A stretch of DNA of 63,811 bases, the filler included, from Chiloscyllium plagiosum (Eukaryota): NCBI RefSeq assembly GCF_004010195.1. It is 3 parts of one record of this genome, joined end to end, with 100 filler letters (N's around TTAATTAATTAA, not from the genome) between each part and the next. Parts side by side here need not be neighbours in the genome. Positions count along the whole stretch, not along the records: positions 31,863 to 58,936 come from NC_057714.1; 2 more parts are not named here. One strand, written 5' to 3'. Shown here piece after piece: positions 38,475-51,440 of the stretch. Both the position numbers and the translations under genes were made by a program. Numbering within the stretch: the stretch's first letter is position 1; each line of letters begins with the position of its first letter. The notes below the pieces were generated by a model. It was not told the DNA's origin, did not search any database, and saw only the letters and a list, made by a program, of their open reading frames with translations.

Positions 38475-39224
38475 AACACAAATTCCTAGCTCGGCGAACA
38501 GAACCACAACAACAACGTGCACCCGAGCTACAAATCTTCTCACAAACTTTGATTAGTTGTTGATTCTCCATTGGCAATGCTTCTATCAGAGGCTGTATAC
38601 CAACAAACCAACATTCTGCATTCATACAGTATTAATTGACTTTCCCTTTGTATTTAACTTCCTACAAATTGTTCTGGTGCACAGCCAAAAGTTTTGAATG
38701 TATGTCTTCTTTGCAGAAATATGGAAATATAAATCTAAAAAAAATCCACCAGATCAACCTTGACCTTATTGAATTGCAGAGCAGGCGGCCTAATATTTTT
38801 AGTTGTGTTCATATATTTGGAGTATATTTATAGATACAGTATTGAAGCTTCTGTCTTACTTTCTACCATGGAAAATAATTTTTATAAAACAATTGCTTTT
38901 AATAGATAAAATATTAGCAATATTCACAAATTAAACTTTTATCAAATTCTATCTTAGAAAAAAGTATAAGAAAGTGAAATGTAACATAAAAAAAAACAAG
39001 ACTACAATGGCATGCAAGTGGGGTTCATACATCAGTTGGTAATCCCCAAAAAGCTGCATCTACAGCATTTGAAGAGTCGGTCAACTGGTGGCCTGACTGT
39101 TCTCAAGGTAGAAAAAGATTGAGTGAATTTTGTTCAGACTTATTTTTTAAATAGGAAAGCACGTGCGAATGTGCATGCATCACATATAGAGTTTGAGTGT
39201 AACAAACAATAAATAATAGCTGTT

Positions 39225-41072
39225 TGCAATGTCAGGTACAGAGAGGATAGATCGAGTGAATCCATTGAGTATAAAGAAAGTAGGAGTATACTTAAGAGAG
39301 AAATCAGGAGGGGAAAACGGAAACATGAGATAGCTTTGGCAAATAGAATTAAGGAGAATCCAAAGGGTTTTTACAAATACATTAAGGACAAAAGGGTAAC
39401 TAGGGAGAGAATAGGGCCACTCAAAGATCAGCAAGGCAGCCTTTGTTGGAGCCAGAGAAAATGGGGGAGATACTAAATGAATATTTTGTATCAGTATTTA
39501 CTGTGGAAAAGGATATGGAAGATATAGACTGTAGGGAAATAGATGGTGACATCTTGCAAAATGTCCAGATTACAGAGGAGGAAGTGCTGGATGTCTTGAA
39601 ACAGTTAAAGGTGGATAAGTCCCCAGGACCTGATCAGGTGTACCCGAGAACTCTGTGGGAAGCTAGAGAAGTGATTGCTGGGCCTCTTGCTGAGATATTT
39701 GTATCATCGATAGTCACAGGTGAGGTGCCAGAAGACTGGAGGTTGGCTAACGTGGTACCACTGTTTAAGAAGGGTGGTAAGGACAAGCCAGGAAACTATA
39801 GACCAGTGAGCCTGACCTCGGTGGTGGGCAAGTTGTTGGAGGGAATCCTGAGGGACATTTGGAATAGTCAACATGGCTTTGTGCGTGGGAAATCATGTCT
39901 CACAAACTTAATTGAGTTTTTTGATGAAGTAACAAAGAAGAATTGATGAGGGCAGAGCAGTAGATGTGATCTATGTGGACTTCAGTAAGGCGTTCGACAA
40001 GGTTCCCCATGGGAGACTGATTAGCAAGGTTAGATCTCATGGAATATAGGGAGAACTAGCCATTTGAATACAGAACTCGCTCAAAGGTAGAAGACAGAGG
40101 GTGATGGTGAAAGGTTGTTTTTCAAACTGGAGGCCTGTGACCAGTAGAGTGCCACAAGGATCGGTGCTGCGCCCTCTACTTTTTGTCATTTACATAAATG
40201 ATTTGGATGTGAGCATAAGAGGTACAGTTAGTAAGTTTGCAGATGACACCAAAATTGGAGGTGTAGTGGACAGCGAAGAGGGTACCTCAGATTACAACAG
40301 GATCTTGACCAGATGGACCAATGGGCTGAGAAGTGGCAGATGGACTTTAATTCAGATAAATGAGAGGAGCTGCATTTTAGGAAAGCAAATCTTAGCAGGA
40401 CTTATACACTTAATGGTAAGGTCCTAGGGAGTGTTGTTGAACAAAGAGACCTTGGAGTGCAGGTTCATAGCTCCTTGAGAGTGGAGTCGCAGGTAGGTAG
40501 GATAGTGAAGGCGGCATTTGATATGCTTTCCTTGCGTGCAATTCTGGTCTCCTTCCTATCGGAAAGATGTTGTGAAACTTGAAAGGGTTCAGAAAAGATT
40601 TACAAGGATGTTGCCAGGGTTGGAGGATCTGAGCTAAAGGGAGAGGCTGAACAGGCTGGGGCTGTTTTCCCTGGAGCATCGGAGGCTGACAAGTGACCTT
40701 ATAGAGGTTTACAAAATTATGAGGGGCATGGATAGGATAAATAGACAAGGTCTTTCCCTGAGGTTGGGGAGTCCAGAACTAGAGGGCATAGGTTTAGGGT
40801 AAGGGGGGAAGATATAAAAGAGATCGAAGGGGCAACTTTTTCATGCTGAGGGTGGTACGTGTATGGAATGAGCTGCCAGAGGATGTGGTGGAGGCTGGTA
40901 CAATTGCAACATTTAAGAGGCATTTGGATTGGTGTATGAATAGGAAGGGTTTGGAGGGATATGGGCCGGGTGCTGGCAGATGGGACTAGATTGGTTTGGG
41001 ATATCTGGTCAGCATGGTCAGGTTGGACCAATGGGTCTGTTTCCATGTTGTACATCTCTATGACTCTATGAC
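39225..41072 (+). mobile_element. CR1 LINE ORF2 3' half with internal deletions
   Basis: KSPGPDQVYPR, GNYRPVSLTS, FADDTK; ctatgact tail. Confidence 0.95.
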
Positions 41073-41101
41073 TGCATAAGAATTTCAGATCTATTTCCGT
41101 G

Positions 41102-41988
41102 TGTAACAGACCAGACCAAACCCCTCAAGATATATTAACATGGCCTAGACTCCAGCTTTTTCTTATTTTAAAGGTAAGTGTAAGGCATTGCATTCCAGAT
41201 GCAATTCGATTGGTCAATCTACCAGACTTGGATCAAAACACACTGTATTCATACACTATAATTAGATTAGATTACAGTGTGGAAACAAGCCCTTCGGCCC
41301 AACAAGTCCACACCGACCCGCCGAAGCGAAACCCACCCATACCCCTACATTTACCCCTTACCTAACACTACGGGCAATTTAGTATGGCCAATTCACCTGA
41401 CCCTGCACATCTTTGGACTGTGGGAGGAAACCGGAGCACCCGGAGGAAACCCACGCAGACACGGGGAGAACGTGCAAACTCCACACAGTCAGTCACCTGA
41501 GGCGGGAATTGAACCCGGGTTCTGGCGCTGTGAGGCAGCAGTGCTAAAATATAGACAAAATAAAAAAGAATAGGCTTAACTGTAAACCTAAACAAAATAA
41601 TACATATTAACTACAACTAATTAATTGTTCCAATATAGTAATATCCCATAAACATCCTTGGCAAAAATAAATTCAGAAAAATAGATTGTCTCACATGCAA
41701 TTCTAGCAGAAGGAACAGAACCCAGCTTTTAGCTGTAACAGGGATAGGGATAATAGCTTCCATATCCAGCTTCAAGACTCAAGCAACTGCTACTTAAGGC
41801 TAAATGTTCAAAGAAATGCTGCCTTTGTGGGAGCTTGACCCCATCCATTCAGGCTTCTATTGTTCCAGTCCAAGGCCTCACAAGCTGTTCACTGTATTGG
41901 CTTTGGACCAGCTGGCACCTCTGTCCCAACATTCCCTCATTAAAAAAAATGGACACAATACACCTCTTAAAGTCATAGTATCGTCACA
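41102..41988. mobile_element. Solo LTR-like element (TG...CA) containing a nested V-SINE
   Basis: TGTAACAG...CGTCACA termini; flanks ccgtg/ccatg. Confidence 0.7.
41263..41545 (-). mobile_element. V-SINE (HE1-like), young
   Basis: B box GGTTCAATTCC, V-domain, (TCTAA)n tail. Confidence 0.92.
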
Positions 41989-42391
41989 CCATGGAAGTAG
42001 TTAGTGAGCCAATTAGTTTTTAGGACAAACAGGTAACTTCATGAAAACCATTACTGAGACATACTCCATATTAATTAATTAGTTAAATTTAAGTTCCCAC
42101 CAGCTGTTGTACAACTTATGTCTCTAGACCATTTGTGAACACTCTGGACTATTGGCTCAGTATCAACATCTTCTATTTATATAGTAGCTTTAATGGAATA
42201 AAATGTCTCAAGCAACACTGCAGAAGAATTATTGAACTCATTGAGACACCAAATCAAATTATGAGATATTAGGTCAAAGACCAAAAGCTTAGACAAAAGA
42301 GCAGGTTTAAAAGACGGACATGAGGTAGGAAGGCACAGGTGTGTAGGGATGGAACTCCAGGGCTTAGGCTTATGGCAATTGAAGGCATGGC

Positions 42392-44390
42392 TGAAATAAC
42401 TTCACAGAGGCCAGTATCCCAAAACCAAGTCACCCTTTATCTACACGTTGACACTGATCCAGCTGCCTCAAAGTCAGTTCTTAGAGTGAGCAGAACCTCT
42501 GACACTCCTGTTTATATCTGTCAGCCAGGGCTCCCTGACTGGATGAGATTAACATCCCCAATCAGCGAATCCATTTTCTATGAGGTCCACCTGGCTGACC
42601 TCATTACAAATCATTACATCCCTCCTAGAGTCCAAGGACATAGGCCAGTTCTTTTCTTTATAGCTTCTCCAGGGGGAATTTAGCACCGGGTCAAGTTTCT
42701 CCAACTCTGCCTCTGATACGGGCAACATCTAACATAGTGGCTCACCTCCTGCACCTGCAGCATCTTGGTAAAAATCAAATTTCCTCTTCAAGTGGCAAAG
42801 GCATTGAGGCAGTGACATTGGCCACGTCCATCTCAAATTTCACAGTCTCTTCTATGCTCGACTCTCAAGGAGAAGCCATGGGCTCCAGAATAGTCGGAAA
42901 GCTGTCGAGGAGCTGGGCTCGTTTTGCTCCCACACCATTTGAGAGTTTGCAGCTTTCATATGGTCCATGTGCTGGTTCAGGACTGTCACACCTACCCGAA
43001 CCATACGTCACTGGACCTGACTTCGTGTCGACCGTGCCTCTTACCCATGCAGGGCCATTCCTGTGGTTCCTACACCAAACTTCATCCATTGAAATTGTCT
43101 CTCTCACTTACCTGAATCCTGTGTAGGGCATTGGCGTTTCTGATGTTATTTCACATGCCCCTCCTCCCTGCCAAAAGATCCATGATGATCAGATTGAACC
43201 TGGTGCAGAGTCGTCTTAGCAACTCTGCTGGAGCTATCCCTGTAGTTGATTCTATGATCAAATTGAAACCGGGATAGATATCTAGTGAAGCTGTAGGCTG
43301 TCTTTAAGCCTTCTTCAAAATCTGAACTGCTTTTTCCTCAGACCATTGGATCACAGATGTTATGTTGAATACCATGCGACTTTAAGAAATACACAAATTC
43401 CTTTCTGGTAAACAATATCTGTGACTAACACCTCCAGGAGTTCATGTATTCGAAAAACTGCATGCATCTTTTGCATCATTGTCTGTGTTTGAAGAATGAA
43501 CTCTATGCATGTTAGCCACTTTATATCACTGTATACAGTGATTAAGAACATTGAGCCCATGAAAGGACCTTCATAGTCAACGTTTACCCGGCCATTCCCA
43601 CAAATGTGGGGGAGCTGCTTGTAGTAATCTTTGTCCTTGTTGGTACTTTGGGCACTGCCGACCAATGCGGCTATGTCTGCATCCAATCTTCGCCATCAGA
43701 CATAACTTCTCATCAACACCTTCATTTTGGAAACCCCTGGATGACCCTGGTGGAGTTCAGCCAGTACATGTTGGTGACCATTGCTCGGAATAATCACTCT
43801 TGTTCCCCATAATAGTATGCCATTCTCATCTGTGAGCTGGTCTCTCCAGGTCAAAAAAGATTCCAACTGTGGTTGTGAGGGCCCTTTGGTCTACTAGGAG
43901 AAAGTGAGGACTGCAGATGCTGGAGATCAGAGCTTAAAAATGTGTTACTGGAAAAGTGCAGCAGGTCAAACAGCATCAAAGGAGAAGGAGAATCGACGTT
44001 TCGGGCATAAGCTGAAGAAGGGCTTATGCCCGAACGTTGATTCTCCTTCTCCTTTGATGCTGCCTGACCTGCTGCGCTTTTCCAGCAACACATTTTTAAA
44101 CCCTTTGGTCTGCCCCAATCACCACCAGTTGTTTCAGTTTCACATAGTTCTGCTCATGTTGATCAGATTTAACCTGGTTCAGACTTTTTTCTCCATTAAC
44201 AACTCTGCTGGAGCTATCCCTATGGTTGGACAAGGGGTGGTTCTATGATCAAATAGGAACCGGACCAGTTTGGTTTCCAATGAAGCTGTAGGCTGTTTCT
44301 TTAAAGCTGTCTTCAAAGTTTGGACTACCCTTTCCTCAGACCATTGGATCATGGATGGTATGTTGAATACCATTCGACTTTAGGAACTTC
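42392..44390 (-). mobile_element. Ty3/Gypsy LTR retrotransposon remnant: integrase fragments, PPT and 3' LTR (~42392-42618)
   Basis: VDYEGPFMGSMFLI; ERVVQTLK...FLFDHRTTP..T.GIAPAELLM; on minus, PPT GGAGGGA directly before TGTAATGA. Confidence 0.85.
43895..44100. mobile_element. Fold-back family A element nested in Gypsy
   Basis: Palindromic arms, central ctgaagaagggc; TSD ccctttggtct at 43882-43892 and 44101-44111. Confidence 0.9.
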
Positions 44391-45121
44391 TGATATTGTC
44401 AGCTGTGACTGGGAGTGTCCTGAAAATTTAAAACCATTGAAAACAGAAACTGATGAAAGAAGAAATACTTACAGAACACAACATCATGGTACGCTGCTCC
44501 CAGAAGCAGTGATCTATGCGTGCGCATGTGTAGAACAACAACCAGCGATCTCTGCGCACATGCACAGAACATAAGAAACAGTCTTGCGGGGTCTTTGTTG
44601 TGCACGTAATCCAGACTATAAAAACTTTTGTACCTGTAGTTCCGGGAGAGGTGGCATGGTCAAGTCCCACGGTTAGGGTCAGAATAGGCTGCCCCTCCCA
44701 AAAGCTTTTGATTTAATGAATTTTATTGACTGGCTTCTGAATTTGAGATTTATTAATTTTACTACAACAAATTGGTACTCTGAGCAGGGTCCTGTTCATG
44801 GTGGCCACCTCCCGAGTCAAGGCAGGATATCGGACAAAAGCAGGTCAAACTAAAGAAGCTGTTGATCTGCTAAGTGAATGAGAGAGTGCCTGTTGTGTGT
44901 CATACTCAGATGCCAGAGTGATTGTTCCTGTCTGAGTTACAGATCTAGATTAAAGCAGCAGGATACGGGGAAATGATCACTCCCTAAAACCAGTATCACT
45001 GGAGTCCAATTGGAACGATTCTGGATGAGACGCGGCCAGTGGGAAAACACGCAGTAGTTGTGGCTGGAGGGTAAATGCGATCAACTGACAGAGGATCTGA
45101 GAGTATAAACCTACCAGTGTT

Positions 45122-46388
45122 ATGGCAGGACAGGGAGATCAATGGGGACCCCCGGTGTATCTCATTAACCAGTATAAGATAGACAGACATTCACTCATTA
45201 GACAAATGAGAAAGGTGGGTGGGATCTGTCCCAGACGCTGGATCAACAGCGAAATTGGCTCATGGATGAAAAGAAAGATAAGACCAAGAAAATAGGTGTC
45301 CTTTTAGTCCATCAATTGGCTGGCCTCATAGGTCAGACTTTAGAATCCACAAAGAAATGGACCGAAGAAAAACAAATGCTTCAACCCCGACTAAGGGAAC
45401 TGGAGGAGAAAAATCAGTTCCTGAAGGATAGTCAGTCAGTGGGGATCATTGCCACTTTTCAATGCCGGGAAGGGCCTGGTCGCACCCCCTGAACCGTCAG
45501 ACGACCCTCCCGAGGAAATTAACTCGGTCCTGGGTAACTCACAGTGGGGAAGGAGCTAATGCGAATACAAAATGTAAGCCGTTTACACCAGGTGAATTGC
45601 AGCAGATCGTAGCTTCCCTGGGTTGCATACAGTCCCATAATCATAAAGCCAAGCTTTGGGCTGAAATAGATACCATCTGGGTGGGCCACCAACTACATTT
45701 AATAGATATCCAGCAATTGGTCTGGGCTGTCTGCCCTCAGGACAAGTGACGTCTAGTATCTGATGTGTCTGACCTAGCCAATGCAGCTCAGCAACGAAGT
45801 CAAGATTATAGGAGAGGCAGATGTAGCCAGGTCACCCCTATTAAAGCAAATATAGAAGATCAGCAAGAGCCCTTCAGCAGACTTAAAGCCAAAATCCAGT
45901 GTGTTCTGGGGAAATAACAAACACCCTGTTAGAACAGAAGGGAGAGGGTGCCTCTGAATATGGGGAACAGATCGCTGGTTTTTGGGTCTACCGAGAGTGC
46001 TCAGGGATTCCCCCAGGCAGACCGCTCTGACCAGGCATTCATTCAGGCTTTCAAGGACAGGGTGTCACCTGCACACCAAGCAGTCCTGAAAATGGGGGTC
46101 ATCATTCTCCAAGACTGTGACGCTCTGATAGAATGGGCAACAGGCATTAAGGAGACCACAGGAGGAAACCCCCCCAGTGCACGTAAAGCAGGAAAACCAA
46201 GGCACCGTCACAAAGACAAAATTCAGACCCACAACAGTGGCAAGACAGGCCACTTGGTCCAGGATTGTAGGGAGAGGAAACAGAACAATGGGAAGCCCAC
46301 TTGTCTCTGTCAGTACTGTGGCAAAAGGGACCACTCTGAAGTCACTGAAGATGACAAACCAACAAACATTGATAATACATAGGACTGA
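45122..46388 (+). pseudogene. gag: ERV gag (frameshifted): coiled-coil region, capsid-like KPFTPGELQQI, two degenerate CCHC knuckles
   Basis: ORFs 45262-45492, 45462-45749 and 45948-46382 (HNSGKTGHLVQDC; CQYCGKRDH). Confidence 0.7.
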
Positions 46389-47190
46389 CATCCGGCAGCC
46401 CCCATGGGCAGGGGTGATAAGGAGGGAAGGACTTACATGTCTGCACTGGTAGAGGATAGACTGTGTGATATGCTAGTGGACACAGGAGCCTCCATATCTA
46501 TTACTGACCTACCCCTGCCCACAATAACAAAATGATTTAGGTGAAGGGGGTTAATGGACAACGAACCCCAGCGTACTTGAGTGAGACCACGCTAGTAGAA
46601 ATTAATAACCTGTACATACCGTTGTGATTTTATGCATGTAAAATAATGAAGGAACTATTATGGGAAATGACTTAATGAAGGGGTAAAAAATCCTTATAGA
46701 CTGTGGGAAGGGTGAATTAATCTGGCCCCATCCCAATGGGAGAAAGGAAAAAAAATGGGGATTGAGCACTGTCCATGTTGCCCCCTCTATGGGACATGAT
46801 TGGCAGCTACAGAATAATGGCGTTGGTGCCATTTGTGCCTTGGTTCCATGGGTATGGGCAGACACTAAATGAGATACAGGCTTGATTAAAATTGACCCCA
46901 TAGTCGTGGAGAGTCTGGACCACAAGCCACACCTCCAATACCCCATAAAACCCAAAGCCAGAAGGGCAGTTGTAGAAATTGTGAAAGTATTAGTGGAGAG
47001 GGGAATTCTCCGAGACACTATGAGTACTACTAATTCCCTCACATGGCCGGTCAGTAAACCTGAGGGAAGTTGCATCTCACAATTGATTATACGGCCCTAA
47101 ACAGGGTTACTCCTAAATTATACCCGATAGTCACCAGTCCATCCACTATCTTCAATGGGCTCTCCCCAACCCACAAAATCTTTACTAAGC
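46389..47190 (+). pseudogene. pol: ERV pro-pol fragment (aspartic protease and RT fingers)
   Basis: Manual translation gives DKEGRTYMSALVEDRLCDMLVDTGASIS; ORFs 46882-47100 and 47070 onward give the RT motifs. Confidence 0.85.
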
Positions 47191-47489
47191 TCCAGTATAG
47201 AGTGGGAGTCGGCACAGGAAAAGCTACAGGTCCACAAGTTGTCAGGAGAATTACTCATTGCATTTCATCCACCTCAATGCCCAGAAAAAAACAACACATT
47301 CTTTCCACATTCTGGGCGCAATCTTTGACAGCAGAATTGAATGATTCAAGCTTCCCAAATAATGGCATGATGCCAGAAATGCTTATCTCAACTCAAAGAT
47401 GACTGTTGCGAATGAATTTCTTCAGGAGTGTGCTTTTTTCTTCTTGCCATTAAAAAAACTTGAGAGAGACCGGTATTGAGTTATAAAAA

Positions 47490-47905
47490 TAGGCTGGAAA
47501 GGCTAGGACATTTTGCACTGGACTGTAGAAGGTTGAGCGGTGACCTTATTGAGCTTTATAAAATCAAGAGGGGCATGGATAAAGTGAATAGTGCTAGTCT
47601 TTTCCTTAAGGTGAGGGAGTTCAAAAAGAGGGGGCATATTTTTAAGGTATGAGGAGAAAGATTTCAAAATGACGAGAGACAATTTTTTAAAAAAAAAACA
47701 CAGAGAGTGATTATTGTATGAATAGACCTGCCACAAGAAGTGGTGGATGCAACTACAGGTGCAATGTTTAAAAGACATTTGGAGACTTACATGAATAGGA
47801 AAACTTTGGAGTGATATGGGCCAAACACTAGTTTAATTTGGGAACATGGTCAGTGTGCACTAGTTGGACCAAAGGGTCTGTTTTCATGCCGTATGACTCT
47901 ATGGC
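47490..47905 (+). mobile_element. CR1 3' end
   Basis: Matches the 40640-41070 region. Confidence 0.85.
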
Positions 47906-50900
47906 TGTAAGTCACCCCTTATTTACTCATGGAGAATCCTTGACACTGATCAGAACTAGTTCTCAGACTGAACAGTATGTCTGATACTTTGGTGTTTCTC
48001 GGTCAGTCAGGGCTCCCTCATTCTACCAGGTTAACAGCTCCAGTCAGGAAACCCATCTTCTAAGGGGTTCACCTGGCTGACCAATGGTGGAGCAATTAAA
48101 GTTGGAGATGCTCAGGAGTCTGGAAACAGACAAACACAAGTGTCTCAAATGGTTCCGGGGGCAGAAGGATATTGCAGATAAAGAGGGGGCAAATTTTTGG
48201 AAGGATTTGAAAACAGGGATGAGAATCTTAAAATTAAAATCAGCTTGTCTGTGTAGGCCAGACAATTTTGGGTGATCTCAAGTTTACCAAGCATAAACTG
48301 GCCAAGAATATGTTGGAATAGAAGCGTGAAGGAAGGTTAAGGTAGCAGATGAGCTATGACAGAGATTGGGTAAGGTTACATGACGCAGATGGAAATAGAC
48401 AATCTTACTAATGGTGTGAGTAAATGGTCAAAAGCTTATTCAGGCCTGTCAAAATGATACCCAGGTTGCAGATAGACTGGATTAATCTCAAATTATTGTC
48501 AGGTAGTGGAATGAAGTAGGTAGCTAGGGATCAGATGATGTTGTCAAGGAGCAGGAGGTAGGCAATAAATTAGAGGGAAGCAAAGGATAAACTCCTGGGA
48601 TTGTAATGGTATGGAAGGACAAGACATTATTTCAGAAGACACAATGGTAAATCAGGATGGCAAAACAGACTCAAAAAGCTAAATGTCCTATCCTGCTCCT
48701 GATTTGTACACATATACATTATGGTTAGAAAGATAAGAATAGAAGTACATCTAGAGAGTCCCAATTGTCTGGAAGACAGTGGAAAAGCATGGAAGGGAGG
48801 ATGATGCAATTGACTCTATCAAAAGCAGCAGACAGATTGAGGAGAATGAAGAGATAAACATTACCACTACATGATCCTCACAATTGATCTGAGAAGCCAG
48901 TTTATGCAATACAATTTTAATATAGTTTTGTGTTTCTTTTAGTAAGATTGCTTGATTATAATAATGGATGTATTTCAACAGTGGTACCTTCCTATTCTAC
49001 TATAATGGTCAGGGTTCCCTTGATAAATTTTCAAAAATCAATGAAAATTAGAAACTGGAAATTCAGAGCAACTTTCTGCTTTGACTATGTACAAAACAAT
49101 CCAAACAACATAAATCCATCATTTAAGGCAGATCCTTGAACCATGTAGCACATTAAGAAAACATTGGACAGATTCTTTATCAAAACAAATGGCTCAAATG
49201 TGCACTCAAATAATTCAGTCATTAATATTTTTTAATGAACCATATGATTTTGTCCAACACAATTTAAAGCTATTGCCCTGGTTGCAATCATATTTTAAAC
49301 TTGCTTTTCTGTCAAATCAGCAATTGTTAATAAAATTATTCTGGACTATTTCCAAAAACTGAAACATGATTGAAATGTCGGCACAGCATGTGAATACCTT
49401 TAAAGCCTGATCAATTCAAATGCCTCCATTGCCACTCCTTAATCTTCTCCAATCCTACAGGCCTCAGAGATATCTGCTGTCATATAATTCTAGCTGGTTG
49501 AGCATCCTCAATTTAAATGCTTCACCATCTGTGACCATGTTTTCGGTCGCCATAGCCCTAAGTTCTGGAATTTTCTTCCTAACTTCTCTGACCCACTTCT
49601 TCATCCATTAAGACTATCCGTAATGTTTCCTTGATGAAGATTTTAACTATCTGCCTTGATGTAATCTGATGGTTCAGTACCAAAGTTGTGCTTTATAACA
49701 TTTCCATGAAGTGTGTTGGAGAATGTTTATTACACTGCAGATACTACACAAGTACAAGTTGTTATAGATGTTCACTATAAAATGAGATGGAGGGAAATAA
49801 AAATGTTTACAGATTCCTTCCAAGATGAACAATTTGTATTTCTGTTTCACAGGCAGCTTGGTGGAAAATGAATAAAAATATGGATTTCTTCAGAAATCAA
49901 GTCATTCAATTTGACTCAATAAACATTTCAGGGGGGTAGGATACTTATGGATCTGGCCTAAAATATAGAACTATAATTTATATGATTTTTGCTGACTAAT
50001 CTGTTGAGTGTTTTTGGCATTTTCATTTTCAGACTTTAACCATGGGCAGTTTTTCTTTCCCCAACAATATGCCACTTTGTTCAGCTAATATTTGAACTTC
50101 ACAACAAATTAAGATGCAACAAATTTCTCAGATTGAATTCAACAAGTACCACCTAGCACCATAGCTTGCACTGGTAAACAATTGCTCATTGACAGAGTAT
50201 CTGACAAGTGCTGTAAACTGAATGCTGTTGTACTAGGTGGAAATTTGTTTGTCTAGTAGCTGCTGATCTGCCAGTTTTGTAACAGAAATCTATTTGCAAA
50301 TCATCATCCTTTTCCTACATTAATGATGCATTAAAATTGATCAACAATAAGAGAGAAAGTGAAATTTCAAATCTGGCTCCTGAAATTTAAATTCAACTCT
50401 CAAGATTATAGTGAAAGTTTCTCTTTTATTATGTGTTTTGATGCCACATGAGGAATTTGGGTTCAAGACAGGCTGGTTGAAGAGAAGGCTAAGTTGAGAC
50501 TTGTCTTCAGTATTGGATTTCACAGTAACAATATTTATCATACTTTCATAGTAAATACTATAATACATAGCTATACTATGCTCTGACCTTATAGTTATGT
50601 TAGGTAAGAGCTAACATATCGACTTCATAGTAGTATTTGTAATCTGTTTATGCGTGGAGTGTTTCTTATGTTGAGTATTCTAACTCTACCCACACTGTGC
50701 TATCTATACAAAGCCATGTACAGATCAATGATATCGTCTGAAGTTTACCCAGGGTCCTGAAGCCCTTGTGCAACAGTTTCAACATGATAATCTAGTAAAT
50801 AAGATGAAAATCCGAGACAACATTAGGTTAAAATAAGGTTTGTGATACAATCAAAGGGAAAGGAAAATTTACATCAAAAACAACCTAATGTCACTGGCTC

Positions 50901-51094
50901 AATATCTTAAAAAGAGGGATACCCATTCAATCGGGAAGTCATTTGTTTGGACAGAACCTGAATATTACCAAAGAAGAAAAGACATGCCTCATCAAAGCTT
51001 TGCACCCTGCACTCTTTCATGTTTTAATTTAACAAAATTGGTGAGCCATTCTCTGGCTCATTTGAGGGCAATGTCTTGACCAAACAGAATTAGA

Positions 51095-51440
51095 CTGTTT
51101 GAGTCATTAAGCACAGAAACAGATTCTTCGGTCCAATTTGTCCACACCAACCAAGTTTTCCAAAATAAACTTAGTCCCATTTTCTTGCATTTACCCCATA
51201 CACCTCTAAATGTTTCCTGTTCATGTCCCGATCCAAATTTCTTTAAATGTTGTAACTGTACCTGCATCCACCACTTTGAGTAGTTCGTTCCACATATGAA
51301 CCACCAACTGTATGGAAACAATTGCCCCTCAGGTCCCCTTTAAATCCTTCTCCTCTCATCTTAAAAATATGTCCTCCAGCTTTGAACTCCACTACCCTTG
51401 GGGAAAAGACCTTTGCTATTCACTTTATCTTATGCCCATC
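51095..51440 (-). mobile_element. CR1 3' end
   Basis: Similar to 30300-30640. Confidence 0.85.

Larger units (their letters stand above)
37508..38551 (+). mobile_element. Penelope-like element (GIY-YIG endonuclease C-terminus and 3' UTR) with an inverted 5' copy, spanning an N gap
   Basis: KTNIVYKIPCKDCTKHYIGQTGRQLTIRIHEH...REFLEAWHS...SIN. 37510-37869 is the reverse complement of ~38150-38510. Flanking repeat attagttgt. Confidence 0.92.
44397..47190 (+). mobile_element. Endogenous retrovirus, 5' half: LTR (~44397-44769), PBS (~44773), gag, protease, RT N-terminus; 3' truncated
   Basis: ...ACAACA-aat-TGG junction, degenerate zinc knuckles, LVDTGAS, QYPIKPKA...WPVSKPEG...LTIDY..LN..TP. Confidence 0.85.
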
